Origin: a virus | Lineage: Duplodnaviria > Heunggongvirae > Uroviricota > Caudoviricetes | Reading direction: 5' to 3' (one strand) | DNA length: 12,316 nt | Virus record (IMG/VR): IMGVR_UViG_2563366829_000021 | Span: 1-12,316 of that record | Position numbers and translations under genes: made by a program | The notes under the pieces: generated by a model | The model's database searches: none | Told to the model about the DNA's origin: nothing | The model's input: the letters and a program-made list of their open reading frames with translations, nothing else | Part shown: one piece after another, positions 1 through 6,126 of the stretch | How the letters are laid out: every line of letters starts with the position of its first letter | How positions within the stretch are numbered: the stretch's first letter is position 1

Positions 1-585
1 AAGCAGAAAAAGCTTATTATGCTTCCATCGGAAACGATGATCTGGCAGCCTGAGTTCACAGATAAAACACTCTCCAGGAAACCCGGGGCGGTTCACGTCG
101 ACGTGCTTACCAATCAGTTCGAGGTTCTTCACCTTGTCAGGCCATTTAATTTTTTTGAGGATTGTCTCTATCGAATCCTCGTTCATGTTCATGATGGTCG
201 ATGACAGATCAAAGCCGCTAAGCGTAGTGCGCCAGATTTTCGGCCACTCGCGGATTGGCTTAAGGCTCCCATCGTCGTTGAGGATGTCGATCACGTCCAT
301 CTGGTCGATCTCCACCAGGCGCATGAGAACGTAATCAGCACTGACGCGCATTCGTTTGTTGCGCTCCTCCATCAACTCGGCAATCCGTTTCTGAATGCGT
401 TCATCGCGCATCATGACACTGGCTTTAACTGCCGCTGTATTTGGGGAGAATCCTGCGTTAATCGCAGCCTGAGTCTGATTTTCAGGCGTTTTGATGTATG
501 ACTGGCAATAAGCCTCCTGCATTGCTGTTAGTGGCTTAAATTGCGTTGATTTGCGTTTATAGGTTTTAGGTTCAGCAGGCATCAT
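1..585 (-). CDS. Phage terminase small subunit (Terminase_2-like), partial: C-terminal end lies beyond the window start
   Basis: Manual minus-strand translation from the ATG at 585..583 runs with no stop to position 1 (MMPAEPKTYKRKSTQFKPLTAMQEAYCQSYIKTPENQTQAAINAGFSPNTAAVKASVMMRDERIQKRIAELMEERNKRMRVSADYVLMRLVEIDQ...). The Q-A-Y-C-Q-x-Y ... TQAAIxAG(F/Y)S ... RIQxRIAELxEER pattern matches terminase small subunit N-terminal HTH domains from memory. Absent from the ORF track because no stop lies in the window. GGTGG SD-like element 5-9 nt upstream. Confidence 0.7.
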   Translation of the reverse strand, partial: MMPAEPKTYKRKSTQFKPLTAMQEAYCQSYIKTPENQTQAAINAGFSPNTAAVKASVMMRDERIQKRIAELMEERNKRMRVSADYVLMRLVEIDQMDVIDILNDDGSLKPIREWPKIWRTTLSGFDLSSTIMNMNEDSIETILKKIKWPDKVKNLELIGKHVDVNRPGFPGECFICELRLPDHRFRWKHNKLFLL

Positions 586-592
586 AACCACC

Positions 593-624
593 GTGGTAAT
601 AGTTACCGTTGTGGTAATAGTACC
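593..624. repeat. Two direct copies of GTGGTAATAGT(T)ACC (593-607 and 611-624) in the leader of the terminase small-subunit gene
   Basis: Read directly from the sequence. Each copy is itself a near-palindrome (GGTAA-TAG-TTACC) and uses the same GGTAA/TTACC half-sites as the operator palindrome, but in inverted order. Confidence 0.45.
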
Positions 625-628
625 ATGC

Positions 629-654
629 AAAATAAAGCCGCCATAGTTGGCGGC
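629..654 (-). terminator. Rho-independent terminator for leftward (minus-strand) transcription, downstream of CDS 660..872
   Basis: Stem GCCGCC (637-642) / GGCGGC (649-654) with a 6-nt loop; on the minus-strand RNA it is followed by UUUAUUUUG. No U-tract in the plus orientation. Confidence 0.55.
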
Positions 655-659
655 AGTAT

Positions 660-872
660 TCAAAGTCCATCAAATTCATCGTAAAAACTCTCGTCAAGAT
701 ACCCTTTCCATTTACCGCGAATGAAAATTACATCCTCGCCGCAAGGGTGCTGACTGTCGATAACTATATCCCTCCTGGCGCAACCATACTTATGCATGAG
801 AAATTTAACCTCTTTCGGAAAATTAGCTGAGTTATCTCTCATATCTTCAAGGTCGTAGCGTATTTTTGGCAT
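660..872 (-). CDS. Hypothetical phage protein (70 aa)
   Basis: ORF-track ORF 660..893. Start placed at the internal ATG 872 (MPKIRYDLEDMRDN...) because a GAAGGTG SD-like sequence lies 5-10 nt upstream and the upstream gene stops at 890. Same strand as the operon. Confidence 0.5.
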   Translation of the reverse strand: MPKIRYDLEDMRDNSANFPKEVKFLMHKYGCARRDIVIDSQHPCGEDVIFIRGKWKGYLDESFYDEFDGL

Positions 873-889
873 AACACCTTCGTGACATG

Positions 890-1231
890 TCACACTATTA
901 ATTTCGTTTCATGCCAGCCTTTGGTCACCCAGCATTGCGAGTCACCATTACACGGGCATGAATTAACTGGAACTCTCTCGCCGCACTTACCGCAACGTTT
1001 TCTGCTGATCGATTTTATACGCCCGCGCACCCGGGCATCATCCTGGCGGATCAGCAGCGCGATGTACTCGGCCATTTCATAGGGATCTCGACCAGGGCGC
1101 CGGGCGGCGCAGTTCCGCTCCAGCATTTCAATTTCCTGAGCATCAAGCACAATCTCCAGCTTACGCACACCAGATGCAGCTTGTCTGGCTCTCTGAGCGG
1201 CTTTGCGCTCTGCTGCTGATTTAGCCATCAA
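890..1231 (-). CDS. Hypothetical small basic protein with C-terminal Cys cluster (CGKCG...CPCNG), possible zinc-binding
   Basis: 113-aa ORF, tandem ATG start at 1231/1228 with AGGT 8 nt upstream; overlaps the stop of the upstream gene (1221-1223). No family recognised. Confidence 0.5.
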   Translation of the reverse strand: MMAKSAAERKAAQRARQAASGVRKLEIVLDAQEIEMLERNCAARRPGRDPYEMAEYIALLIRQDDARVRGRIKSISRKRCGKCGERVPVNSCPCNGDSQCWVTKGWHETKLIV

Positions 1232-1502
1232 TATTTACCTTTATCGCGTATACCTTTACCGGTTTATCGCCGAAGTGGGGATGTGTGATTGTCTTGATTT
1301 CATATCCGTCATACGGGACGTCAATTCTACGACTGGAGTCGTCGCGCTTCGGATATCCCTTTGTGATAATCAGTCGGTCATAATCCCTGAACATAATTCG
1401 CTTATTCCAGTAGTCATTACACAGGCGATACTCTTCCGTTTTCTCTCCGCGAATGATGGCATCGAAGTATTCACCTTTAACGGCTAGTTGCAGGTTAGCC
1501 AC
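1221..1502 (-). CDS. ASCH/PUA-like domain phage protein (93 aa from a GTG start)
   Basis: Motif VKGEYFDAIIRGEKTEEYR resembles the ASCH-domain signature as I recall it. GTG start at 1502..1500 preceded by AGGAGG (1513-1508) with a 5-nt spacer. The longer ORF-track version (start 1631) would overlap the upstream gene by more than 100 nt. Confidence 0.5.
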   Translation of the reverse strand: MANLQLAVKGEYFDAIIRGEKTEEYRLCNDYWNKRIMFRDYDRLIITKGYPKRDDSSRRIDVPYDGYEIKTITHPHFGDKPVKVYAIKVNIDG

Positions 1503-2022
1503 GATTAACCTCCTGCTGCGGTGCTGCTGGCAGTGGCATCCAGTGGGTAATACTACCTGGATATAAACTCTTTGCTGGCCCCCAGTAGCCATCTGTATTA
1601 ACACGCATAACCTCACAGCCATCAAAACCATCAGTTACAAGAACGTATTCATAAGGTTCCGGCATCCTTTCGCTTACCGGAATCCAACCATCCGGAGTTG
1701 CCGGAGAGTTGCCATTTATATCGAAGTTTGGCTCTGCGTCCTGAACCAGGAGGATGTAACCATTCTTGGCAGTATCAAGTTCTAACGCCTCGGTGACGGT
1801 ACCGAAATAGCGATTACCTAAATCAGCATCACAAGTGCTTACATCAATGGAAACTTCCATCCCTTCGATTAATTCTGGCAAGTTGTAAGTTTGGCTTACA
1901 GGCTCTGCTTCCAGTGATGCCAGTGCAATTCGTGCCAGTTCCATTTGTTCGCCACGAGTAAGTCCGTTATCAAGCGGATTTTTAATGAATAATTCGATAC
2001 GTTCTTTGGTTATAGCGCTCAT
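1495..2022 (-). CDS. DUF551-family phage protein (175 aa)
   Basis: C-terminal W-I-P-V-S-E-R-M-P ... H-W-M-P-L-P pattern is typical of DUF551 as I recall it. ATG at 2022 with GGAGAG SD 8 nt upstream, 1 nt after the stop of the Ead-like gene. Confidence 0.6.
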   Translation of the reverse strand: MSAITKERIELFIKNPLDNGLTRGEQMELARIALASLEAEPVSQTYNLPELIEGMEVSIDVSTCDADLGNRYFGTVTEALELDTAKNGYILLVQDAEPNFDINGNSPATPDGWIPVSERMPEPYEYVLVTDGFDGCEVMRVNTDGYWGPAKSLYPGSITHWMPLPAAPQQEVNRG

Positions 2023-2023
2023 A

Positions 2024-2752
2024 TCACTCTCCTTTGATGCGAATGCCAGCGACGCGTGGCACATTAACTTCCACGATGCGCACAGTTGGTTTGTACATCT
2101 CAATCGCTGTCAGCCAGTCAGCGCCAGTCATGCGCTTTTCTGCATCGCCATTAGTCCACTTAACCGGTACACCAATAGCCTTCATCGCGATTTCTATTTC
2201 CCCGGCAATGGCGCTTTTTCCGCAACCAGTAAAACCAGAAACAACGACAAGAACTTCGCCTTTGGCTGGTTTTATTTCCCGCGCTTCCAGTTCTGCTATG
2301 CGCTTCTCTGATGCTTCAAGTAACGCCTGCTTATCGCGTAGCGCTTCTTCCAGTTCAGCAACATGGCACTCACTATCAATAAGGTTGTTCTCTGCGGCTT
2401 CCAGCTCAACACGCAGCTTCCCTACCGTTAGCGCAATATCCTCGTTCTCCTGATCGCGGCTTTTGATGTATTGCAGGTTTCTTTCCCGTTCATCCAGCAG
2501 TGCCAGCACGGTAGCTGGATTGGCTGCGGCGATGAATTCAGCATTGGCCTGCTGCTCCATTTGGAAATCTTCATAGAAACGGCTTTCTGGATGCGCTCCT
2601 TCAATTCTGCAAATGGGAATATATCCAGCAACTTCACGATGAATTAGTGCATCATCACCATCAAATCGGCCATCTCCATATTCGAGCGACCACTCGCCAC
2701 ACGTTGCTTTCTCTGCCGCCTCACGCAGTGCCTGATAGTCAATCTTGCTCAC
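2024..2752 (-). CDS. Ead/Ea22-like family protein (coiled-coil-rich, 242 aa)
   Basis: N-terminus MSKIDYQALREAAEKAT...GEW and a long Glu/Leu/Ala-rich coiled-coil segment resemble Ea22-like proteins of lambdoid prophages. GTG start at 2752 with AGGAGG 6 nt upstream; GTGA overlap with the upstream stop. Confidence 0.6.
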   Translation of the reverse strand: MSKIDYQALREAAEKATCGEWSLEYGDGRFDGDDALIHREVAGYIPICRIEGAHPESRFYEDFQMEQQANAEFIAAANPATVLALLDERERNLQYIKSRDQENEDIALTVGKLRVELEAAENNLIDSECHVAELEEALRDKQALLEASEKRIAELEAREIKPAKGEVLVVVSGFTGCGKSAIAGEIEIAMKAIGVPVKWTNGDAEKRMTGADWLTAIEMYKPTVRIVEVNVPRVAGIRIKGE

Positions 2753-3261
2753 TGGTTGCCTCCTTTGCGAAGCTGGGCGGCGATATCTTCGAGAACGCCA
2801 TCAGAGAATGAGCGGTCAAAATCGCCTTCCGGCGCATTAGCCATAAACTCAGTAGAGGTAAGAATCATCCGGGCAATATCCGCGGCGTTCTTCGCAGTAT
2901 CATCAATAAAACCAGCTTCCCAGGCAGCCAGCATTCTGTTCGCCACAAAGTAAGCGCCCTCCTTGCGTGCTTCAGTCTTCACTTCAGCCAGGAAAGCGTC
3001 GGTGGCTGGGGTTTCCGTGAAGTTGTCCTCCCAACCGTAGTACTCCTGACGACAGAAGTTATTAAATTCCTTCTCCGACTGTTTAAGCCCCGCATTCTCC
3101 GCCGCCAGCGCATTAGCACGCACCAGTTGCACTTCCAGTTGCGTTGCCAAATCGCTGATCAGCTTTGCCACACTGCGCATATCAACGGCACCACATTCTG
3201 CTTTCAGTTCCGAAGCCATCTCATGCCCGGCGGAAACTAACCCTTTGATATTACTTTCCAT
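2749..3261 (-). CDS. Hypothetical phage protein (170 aa)
   Basis: ORF with ATG at 3261 and AGGG SD 5 nt upstream; stop overlaps the start of the next gene. No family recognised. Confidence 0.55.
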   Translation of the reverse strand: MESNIKGLVSAGHEMASELKAECGAVDMRSVAKLISDLATQLEVQLVRANALAAENAGLKQSEKEFNNFCRQEYYGWEDNFTETPATDAFLAEVKTEARKEGAYFVANRMLAAWEAGFIDDTAKNAADIARMILTSTEFMANAPEGDFDRSFSDGVLEDIAAQLRKGGNQ

Positions 3262-3322
3262 CTTTACCCTCGCTTATCCACATAACTTATTGATTACATT
3301 GATAACTAAAAAGATCGTCGAT

Positions 3323-3667
3323 TTAGAACTCTTCGATGTTCCAGCCACCACCTGCTTTCTTTGGCTTAACCGTTACCCCGATGATTCGGAACGGATACTG
3401 ATCTGCGGCGACTTTGGTTTTCACCCTGGCGTCGTCGGTCCAGAAACCTTTCACTTCGTGCAGTTCCATCTCGCCGGTGGCGAGCATCACAGCGAAATCT
3501 GGCGTATAAAACGTGTTATCAGCTAACCGCAGCTTGATACCCTCGAACCGATACCAGGCGATTTCCCCTGCACGTTTACGCTGCTCAAGGTGCTGGCAAT
3601 ACGCAGATTCTGTTTTGTTCATCTGGCCTGTTTTGAGTCGACCAAGAGCCTGTATCTGTTTTCTCAT
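3323..3667 (-). CDS. DUF1064-like phage protein, possibly PD-(D/E)XK-fold nuclease
   Basis: 114-aa ORF; motif YTPDF...ELHEVKG...DDARVK is consistent with a D...E-x-K nuclease-like core and my recollection of DUF1064. ATG at 3667 sits directly downstream of a promoter-like element. Confidence 0.55.
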   Translation of the reverse strand: MRKQIQALGRLKTGQMNKTESAYCQHLEQRKRAGEIAWYRFEGIKLRLADNTFYTPDFAVMLATGEMELHEVKGFWTDDARVKTKVAADQYPFRIIGVTVKPKKAGGGWNIEEF

Positions 3668-3669
3668 GA

Positions 3670-3748
3670 TTTACCCCTGAGGTAATTAAAAACCACATAA
3701 GACACTAAATCAATAGATTTTAGAATATTTTATTACCCAGTAGGTAAT
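3670..3748 (-). promoter_or_regulatory. Internal promoter with two operator palindromes: ATTACC-CAGTA-GGTAAT (3732-3748) and TTTACC-CCTGA-GGTAAT (3670-3686) flanking a -35 TTGATT (plus 3708-3713) / 17 bp / -10 TTTAAT (plus 3685-3690), reading toward 3667
   Basis: Read from the minus strand: ATTACCTACTGGGTAAT-(18 nt)-TTGATT-(17 nt)-TTTAAT overlapping ATTACCTCAGGGGTAAA, then ATG. Same geometry as the PL-like promoter at 6768-6846. Confidence 0.5.
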
Positions 3749-3758
3749 CATCGAGACG

Positions 3759-3781
3759 TAAAAAAATGCGCTATCGCGCTG
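3759..3781 (-). terminator. Weak terminator-like element downstream of the P-like gene
   Basis: Short GC palindrome GCGC-GATA-GCGC on the minus-strand RNA followed by seven U. The stem is only 4-5 bp, so low confidence. Confidence 0.3.
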
Positions 3782-3784
3782 GTA

Positions 3785-4567
3785 TTACTTGATAAATCCT
3801 GCCGCCTTTCCCCGCCTGTATTCCTCCATCAGCCACTGCGCCGGTGTTATTCCCCCAAGGGTGGCGGCGTTAGGCATGCACCCGAAACTTCGCCCTGGTG
3901 GATGGTAAACGTCTCTCCCTGTGTCCGGAGGTGTACTCATGGGTTCTGGCTTTGCCTGTATGCTGATCACCGGATCGGGTATCTGCTGTCCGGAAGCCAC
4001 CTTTTTCGCCCAATCATCGAGCAGCCTGCGCGCGTGTTTCTCAACCTCAATCTCGCTAAGCTGGCGCTGATACATTGCACGGCGGGTATCACATACGACC
4101 CAGTACATAACCGGATGTCGCCACGGGAATCTTTCGGGACCACCAGGATATAAACTTTTTTCCTTGCTGTACCGGTGAAACTCCGCCATCACATCGTCAA
4201 TGGTGACGCCAAGAACCATCTTGCTGTCTTTGCACCACTTGATGAATTGCCCAGGCGACGGCCAGAACGGAGATTCACTGGCGCGGGCGTGGCGCATACC
4301 AGCGTTAACCTGTTCCATTGTTGTGATCCCATTCTCCAGAAACGCAAGCATCCATTGTTTTCGAAATTCGTTTAGCTTTCCTTGCTCGCTGATAGCAGCG
4401 ATGCTGCCTGGAAATGCAGCCTGTAACTGGACAAACATTTCGTTGAAAATTCTTGCAACCTGCTCCTTCTTTGCCCTTTCATCGTCAGCAGAAGCAACCG
4501 CCGTCGAGTGGTCATGCCCACCACGAAAGCGATCGTACTCATTAAGAAGTTCTGGAGTTGATTTCAT
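3785..4567 (-). CDS. Replication protein P-like (lambda P family, DnaB helicase loader)
   Basis: WMLAFLENGITTMEQVNAGMRHARASESPFWPSPGQFIKWC aligns almost residue-for-residue with the lambda P segment WVLAFRENGITTMEQVNAGMRVARRQNRPFLPSPGQFVAWC as I recall it. Start chosen at ATG 4567 (MKSTPELLNEYD, compare lambda MKNIAAQMVNFD) with GAGGTG SD upstream; overlaps the 3' end of the O-like gene. Confidence 0.8.
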   Translation of the reverse strand: MKSTPELLNEYDRFRGGHDHSTAVASADDERAKKEQVARIFNEMFVQLQAAFPGSIAAISEQGKLNEFRKQWMLAFLENGITTMEQVNAGMRHARASESPFWPSPGQFIKWCKDSKMVLGVTIDDVMAEFHRYSKEKSLYPGGPERFPWRHPVMYWVVCDTRRAMYQRQLSEIEVEKHARRLLDDWAKKVASGQQIPDPVISIQAKPEPMSTPPDTGRDVYHPPGRSFGCMPNAATLGGITPAQWLMEEYRRGKAAGFIK

Positions 4568-5375
4568 CCCACACCTCATCTATCCAGTCAGTGTTATGCC
4601 AGTCAAGGCTCTTTCTGACTTCACCTGATTTCTGTCTACAGAACTGGATGCGCCTTGCCAGCTTCTGCTCCCACTGTGCCTGATGGTATGCCTTACCCTC
4701 AGCCATCCAGTAAATTCTGAACTCTGCAAGTTCCTGTGCCGTTGGCAGACTGTCCAGGTAGATTCCCTGCAATGAGCTTTTCCGAAGAAAGTCATCTGAT
4801 GGCTGCCATTGTTCATGCATGACAAATTTACCTAATTGCCCTGGCCCACCAGGAGGAACAAAGTTATTCATCACGGCGTTGTTTGCGACGGGGTCATGAG
4901 GCACAGAATCCCCGGTTTTTGTCCTGCTCTCCCTCTCTTGGTTAAATGACTGGTTATATGACTGGTTCTGGATCCCGTTTTTGGGATCATTCAACATCCC
5001 GTTTTTGGGATCATTCAACATCCCGTTTTTGGGTATATTCCCGTTTTCGGTAACATTACCGTTTTCGGGTTCATTGCCCCCCTCCCGGTTGCCTTTAATG
5101 TTCCCGTTTTTGGTTATATTAAGAGAGAAAACCCGCACTCTTTTTGTCGCTCCCTTTCTCTCTCCGGTATCTGAAATAAGCCCCATTTTCATGAGCGATA
5201 TAAGCCCGGCCTGCACGGTTTTTTTATTCAGGCAAGTGTCTTTAACGAGGCGTTCTATGCTGGGGTAGCAGAGGTTATATTCATCGGCTCTGTCAGCCAT
5301 CGAGAGCAGTATGAGCTTTAATGATGAGCTACCTGGATCTGTCTCCCAGGCCCAATCTGTTGCATGTCTGCTCAT
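4542..5375 (-). CDS. Replication initiator, lambda-O-like: N-terminal winged-HTH DNA-binding domain, Asn/Gly-rich repeat linker, C-terminal domain
   Basis: 277-aa ORF directly upstream of the P-like gene. N-terminal LKLILLSMADRADEYNLCYPSIERLVKDTCLNKKTVQAGLISLMKMGLIS looks like a replication-initiator HTH. The central low-complexity linker is encoded by the tandem DNA repeats at 4973-5120. GGAG SD upstream of ATG 5375. Confidence 0.7.
   Translation of the reverse strand: MSRHATDWAWETDPGSSSLKLILLSMADRADEYNLCYPSIERLVKDTCLNKKTVQAGLISLMKMGLISDTGERKGATKRVRVFSLNITKNGNIKGNREGGNEPENGNVTENGNIPKNGMLNDPKNGMLNDPKNGIQNQSYNQSFNQERESRTKTGDSVPHDPVANNAVMNNFVPPGGPGQLGKFVMHEQWQPSDDFLRKSSLQGIYLDSLPTAQELAEFRIYWMAEGKAYHQAQWEQKLARRIQFCRQKSGEVRKSLDWHNTDWIDEVWDEINSRTS
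4973..5120. repeat. Iteron-like tandem repeat array inside the O-like gene (candidate origin of replication)
   Basis: Two exact 24-bp copies TCCCGTTTTTGGGATCATTCAACA (4973-4996, 4997-5020), then degenerate 18-bp units TCCCGTTTTTGGGTATAT, TCCCGTTTTCGGTAACAT, TACCGTTTTCGGGTTCAT and a further TTCCCGTTTTTGGTTATATT at 5101-5120. Each unit has a CCCG-T4/5-GGG dyad core. Confidence 0.6.
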
Positions 5376-5390
5376 GATTAATCTCCGCTA

Positions 5391-5591
5391 TCAGCTTGAG
5401 TGTTGTGGGGAGGAATTAATCATGATCTGCTTAATCTCTGCCCTGATGCGACGGTTTGATTCCATGGTGCACTCAGCACAGTGTCCGTTGTAAACCCAGC
5501 GTTCACTGTCATGTCCATGCTTACATGGTTTTCCGGTGTAGTAGCGTTTAAGTCCGCGCTTTGCGGCATCAATACGTGTAATGATTTCCAT
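5391..5591 (-). CDS. Small Cys/His-rich protein (C-K-H-G-H ... C-A-E-C), possible zinc-ribbon regulator at the cII-equivalent position
   Basis: ORF-track ORF 5391..5654; start uncertain (ATG at 5591 with AGGG 8 nt upstream preferred; 5627 and 5654 are alternatives that would run into the terminator region). No homolog recognised. Confidence 0.4.
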   Translation of the reverse strand: MEIITRIDAAKRGLKRYYTGKPCKHGHDSERWVYNGHCAECTMESNRRIRAEIKQIMINSSPQHSS

Positions 5592-5700
5592 GGTAAGCCC
5601 TGTTATTAGTATTGGGATTACGGTCATTTTGTGCTGACACAAAAAAAAGATCAACCAGATTTGGTTTTTTGTTACCTTTTAGGTGCGAATAGATATGAAA

Positions 5701-5720
5701 AGACCGCCGGATGGCGGTCT
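5701..5720 (-). terminator. Hairpin terminator immediately downstream of the Cro-like gene (tR1-like position)
   Basis: Perfect 8-bp stem AGACCGCC / GGCGGTCT with a 4-nt loop; minus-strand RNA continues UUUCAUAUCUAUU (interrupted U-tract). Confidence 0.5.
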
Positions 5721-5741
5721 ACAGAGGGTTGTGGCTGGATA

Positions 5742-5972
5742 TCATGAGTAGAAGAAGTATGCCAGTTCTGCTTTTGAGCGCAGCCATTGTCTTGTTTTAC
5801 AGGCTTTAAAAAGCCCATTCATCAATACCTTACCTGGCATTTTGCGCTTACCTGTTAAGTGAGTCTGGATATAGTGACTCGTCGTTCCGGCTTCCTGTGC
5901 GAAGGCTTCACGCTCATCCGGAGTAAGTGCAAGCCAGTGCTTTTTGAAATCGAAATGTCCGTTATCGCTCAT
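5742..5972 (-). CDS. Cro-like small DNA-binding regulator (76 aa)
   Basis: Divergent from the repressor across an operator-rich intergenic region; sequence LTPDEREAFAQEAGTTSHYIQTHLTGKRKMPGKVL looks like a short HTH protein. Position and orientation match cro. Confidence 0.55.
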   Translation of the reverse strand: MSDNGHFDFKKHWLALTPDEREAFAQEAGTTSHYIQTHLTGKRKMPGKVLMNGLFKACKTRQWLRSKAELAYFFYS

Positions 5973-6126
5973 AGCTATTGCCTGATATTTATTTCAGATA
6001 ATAAATATTCACCCATAAGGTAACAAAAATCAAGGATAGTTACCTATGGGGTGCATTTACCTGTTGGGTAATATTGCTTTAAATTGAATCATCTACTGAT
6101 TCATATATGAGGCGATTTTCCAGAAA
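5973..6126. promoter_or_regulatory. OR-like divergent promoter/operator region between the Cro-like and repressor genes
   Basis: Strong palindrome TTTACC-TGTTG-GGTAAT at 6056-6072; two degenerate mirror-image copies TCACC-CATAA-GGTAAC (6009-6024) and TTACC-TATGG-GGTGC (6040-6054) flanking a -35-like TTGATT (minus, plus coords 6028-6033). Candidate leftward -10 TATTAT (plus 5998-6003). Individual promoter hexamers are tentative. Confidence 0.6.

Noticed and set aside
19-334. Plus-strand ORFs 19..204 and 134..334
   Set aside because: They lie entirely antisense to the terminase small-subunit reading frame, which has a recognisable protein signature and continues off the window; they have no RBS context or recognisable protein features.
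2034-2453. Plus-strand 139-aa ORF (Ser/Ala-rich) and other antisense ORFs such as 1985..2311, 2428..2637, 3245..3526, 3902..4628, 4981..5268
   Set aside because: Each is embedded antisense within a minus-strand gene with clear phage-protein character (Ead-like, DUF1064-like, P-like, O-like). The low-complexity compositions are typical of frames read opposite a real gene; 4981..5268 is simply the iteron repeats read in another frame.
5627-5647. AT-rich inverted repeat TTTTGTG-CTGA-CACAAAA followed by an A-run
   Set aside because: The U-tract would precede rather than follow the hairpin on the minus-strand transcript, and the stem is weak. Not a convincing terminator in either orientation.
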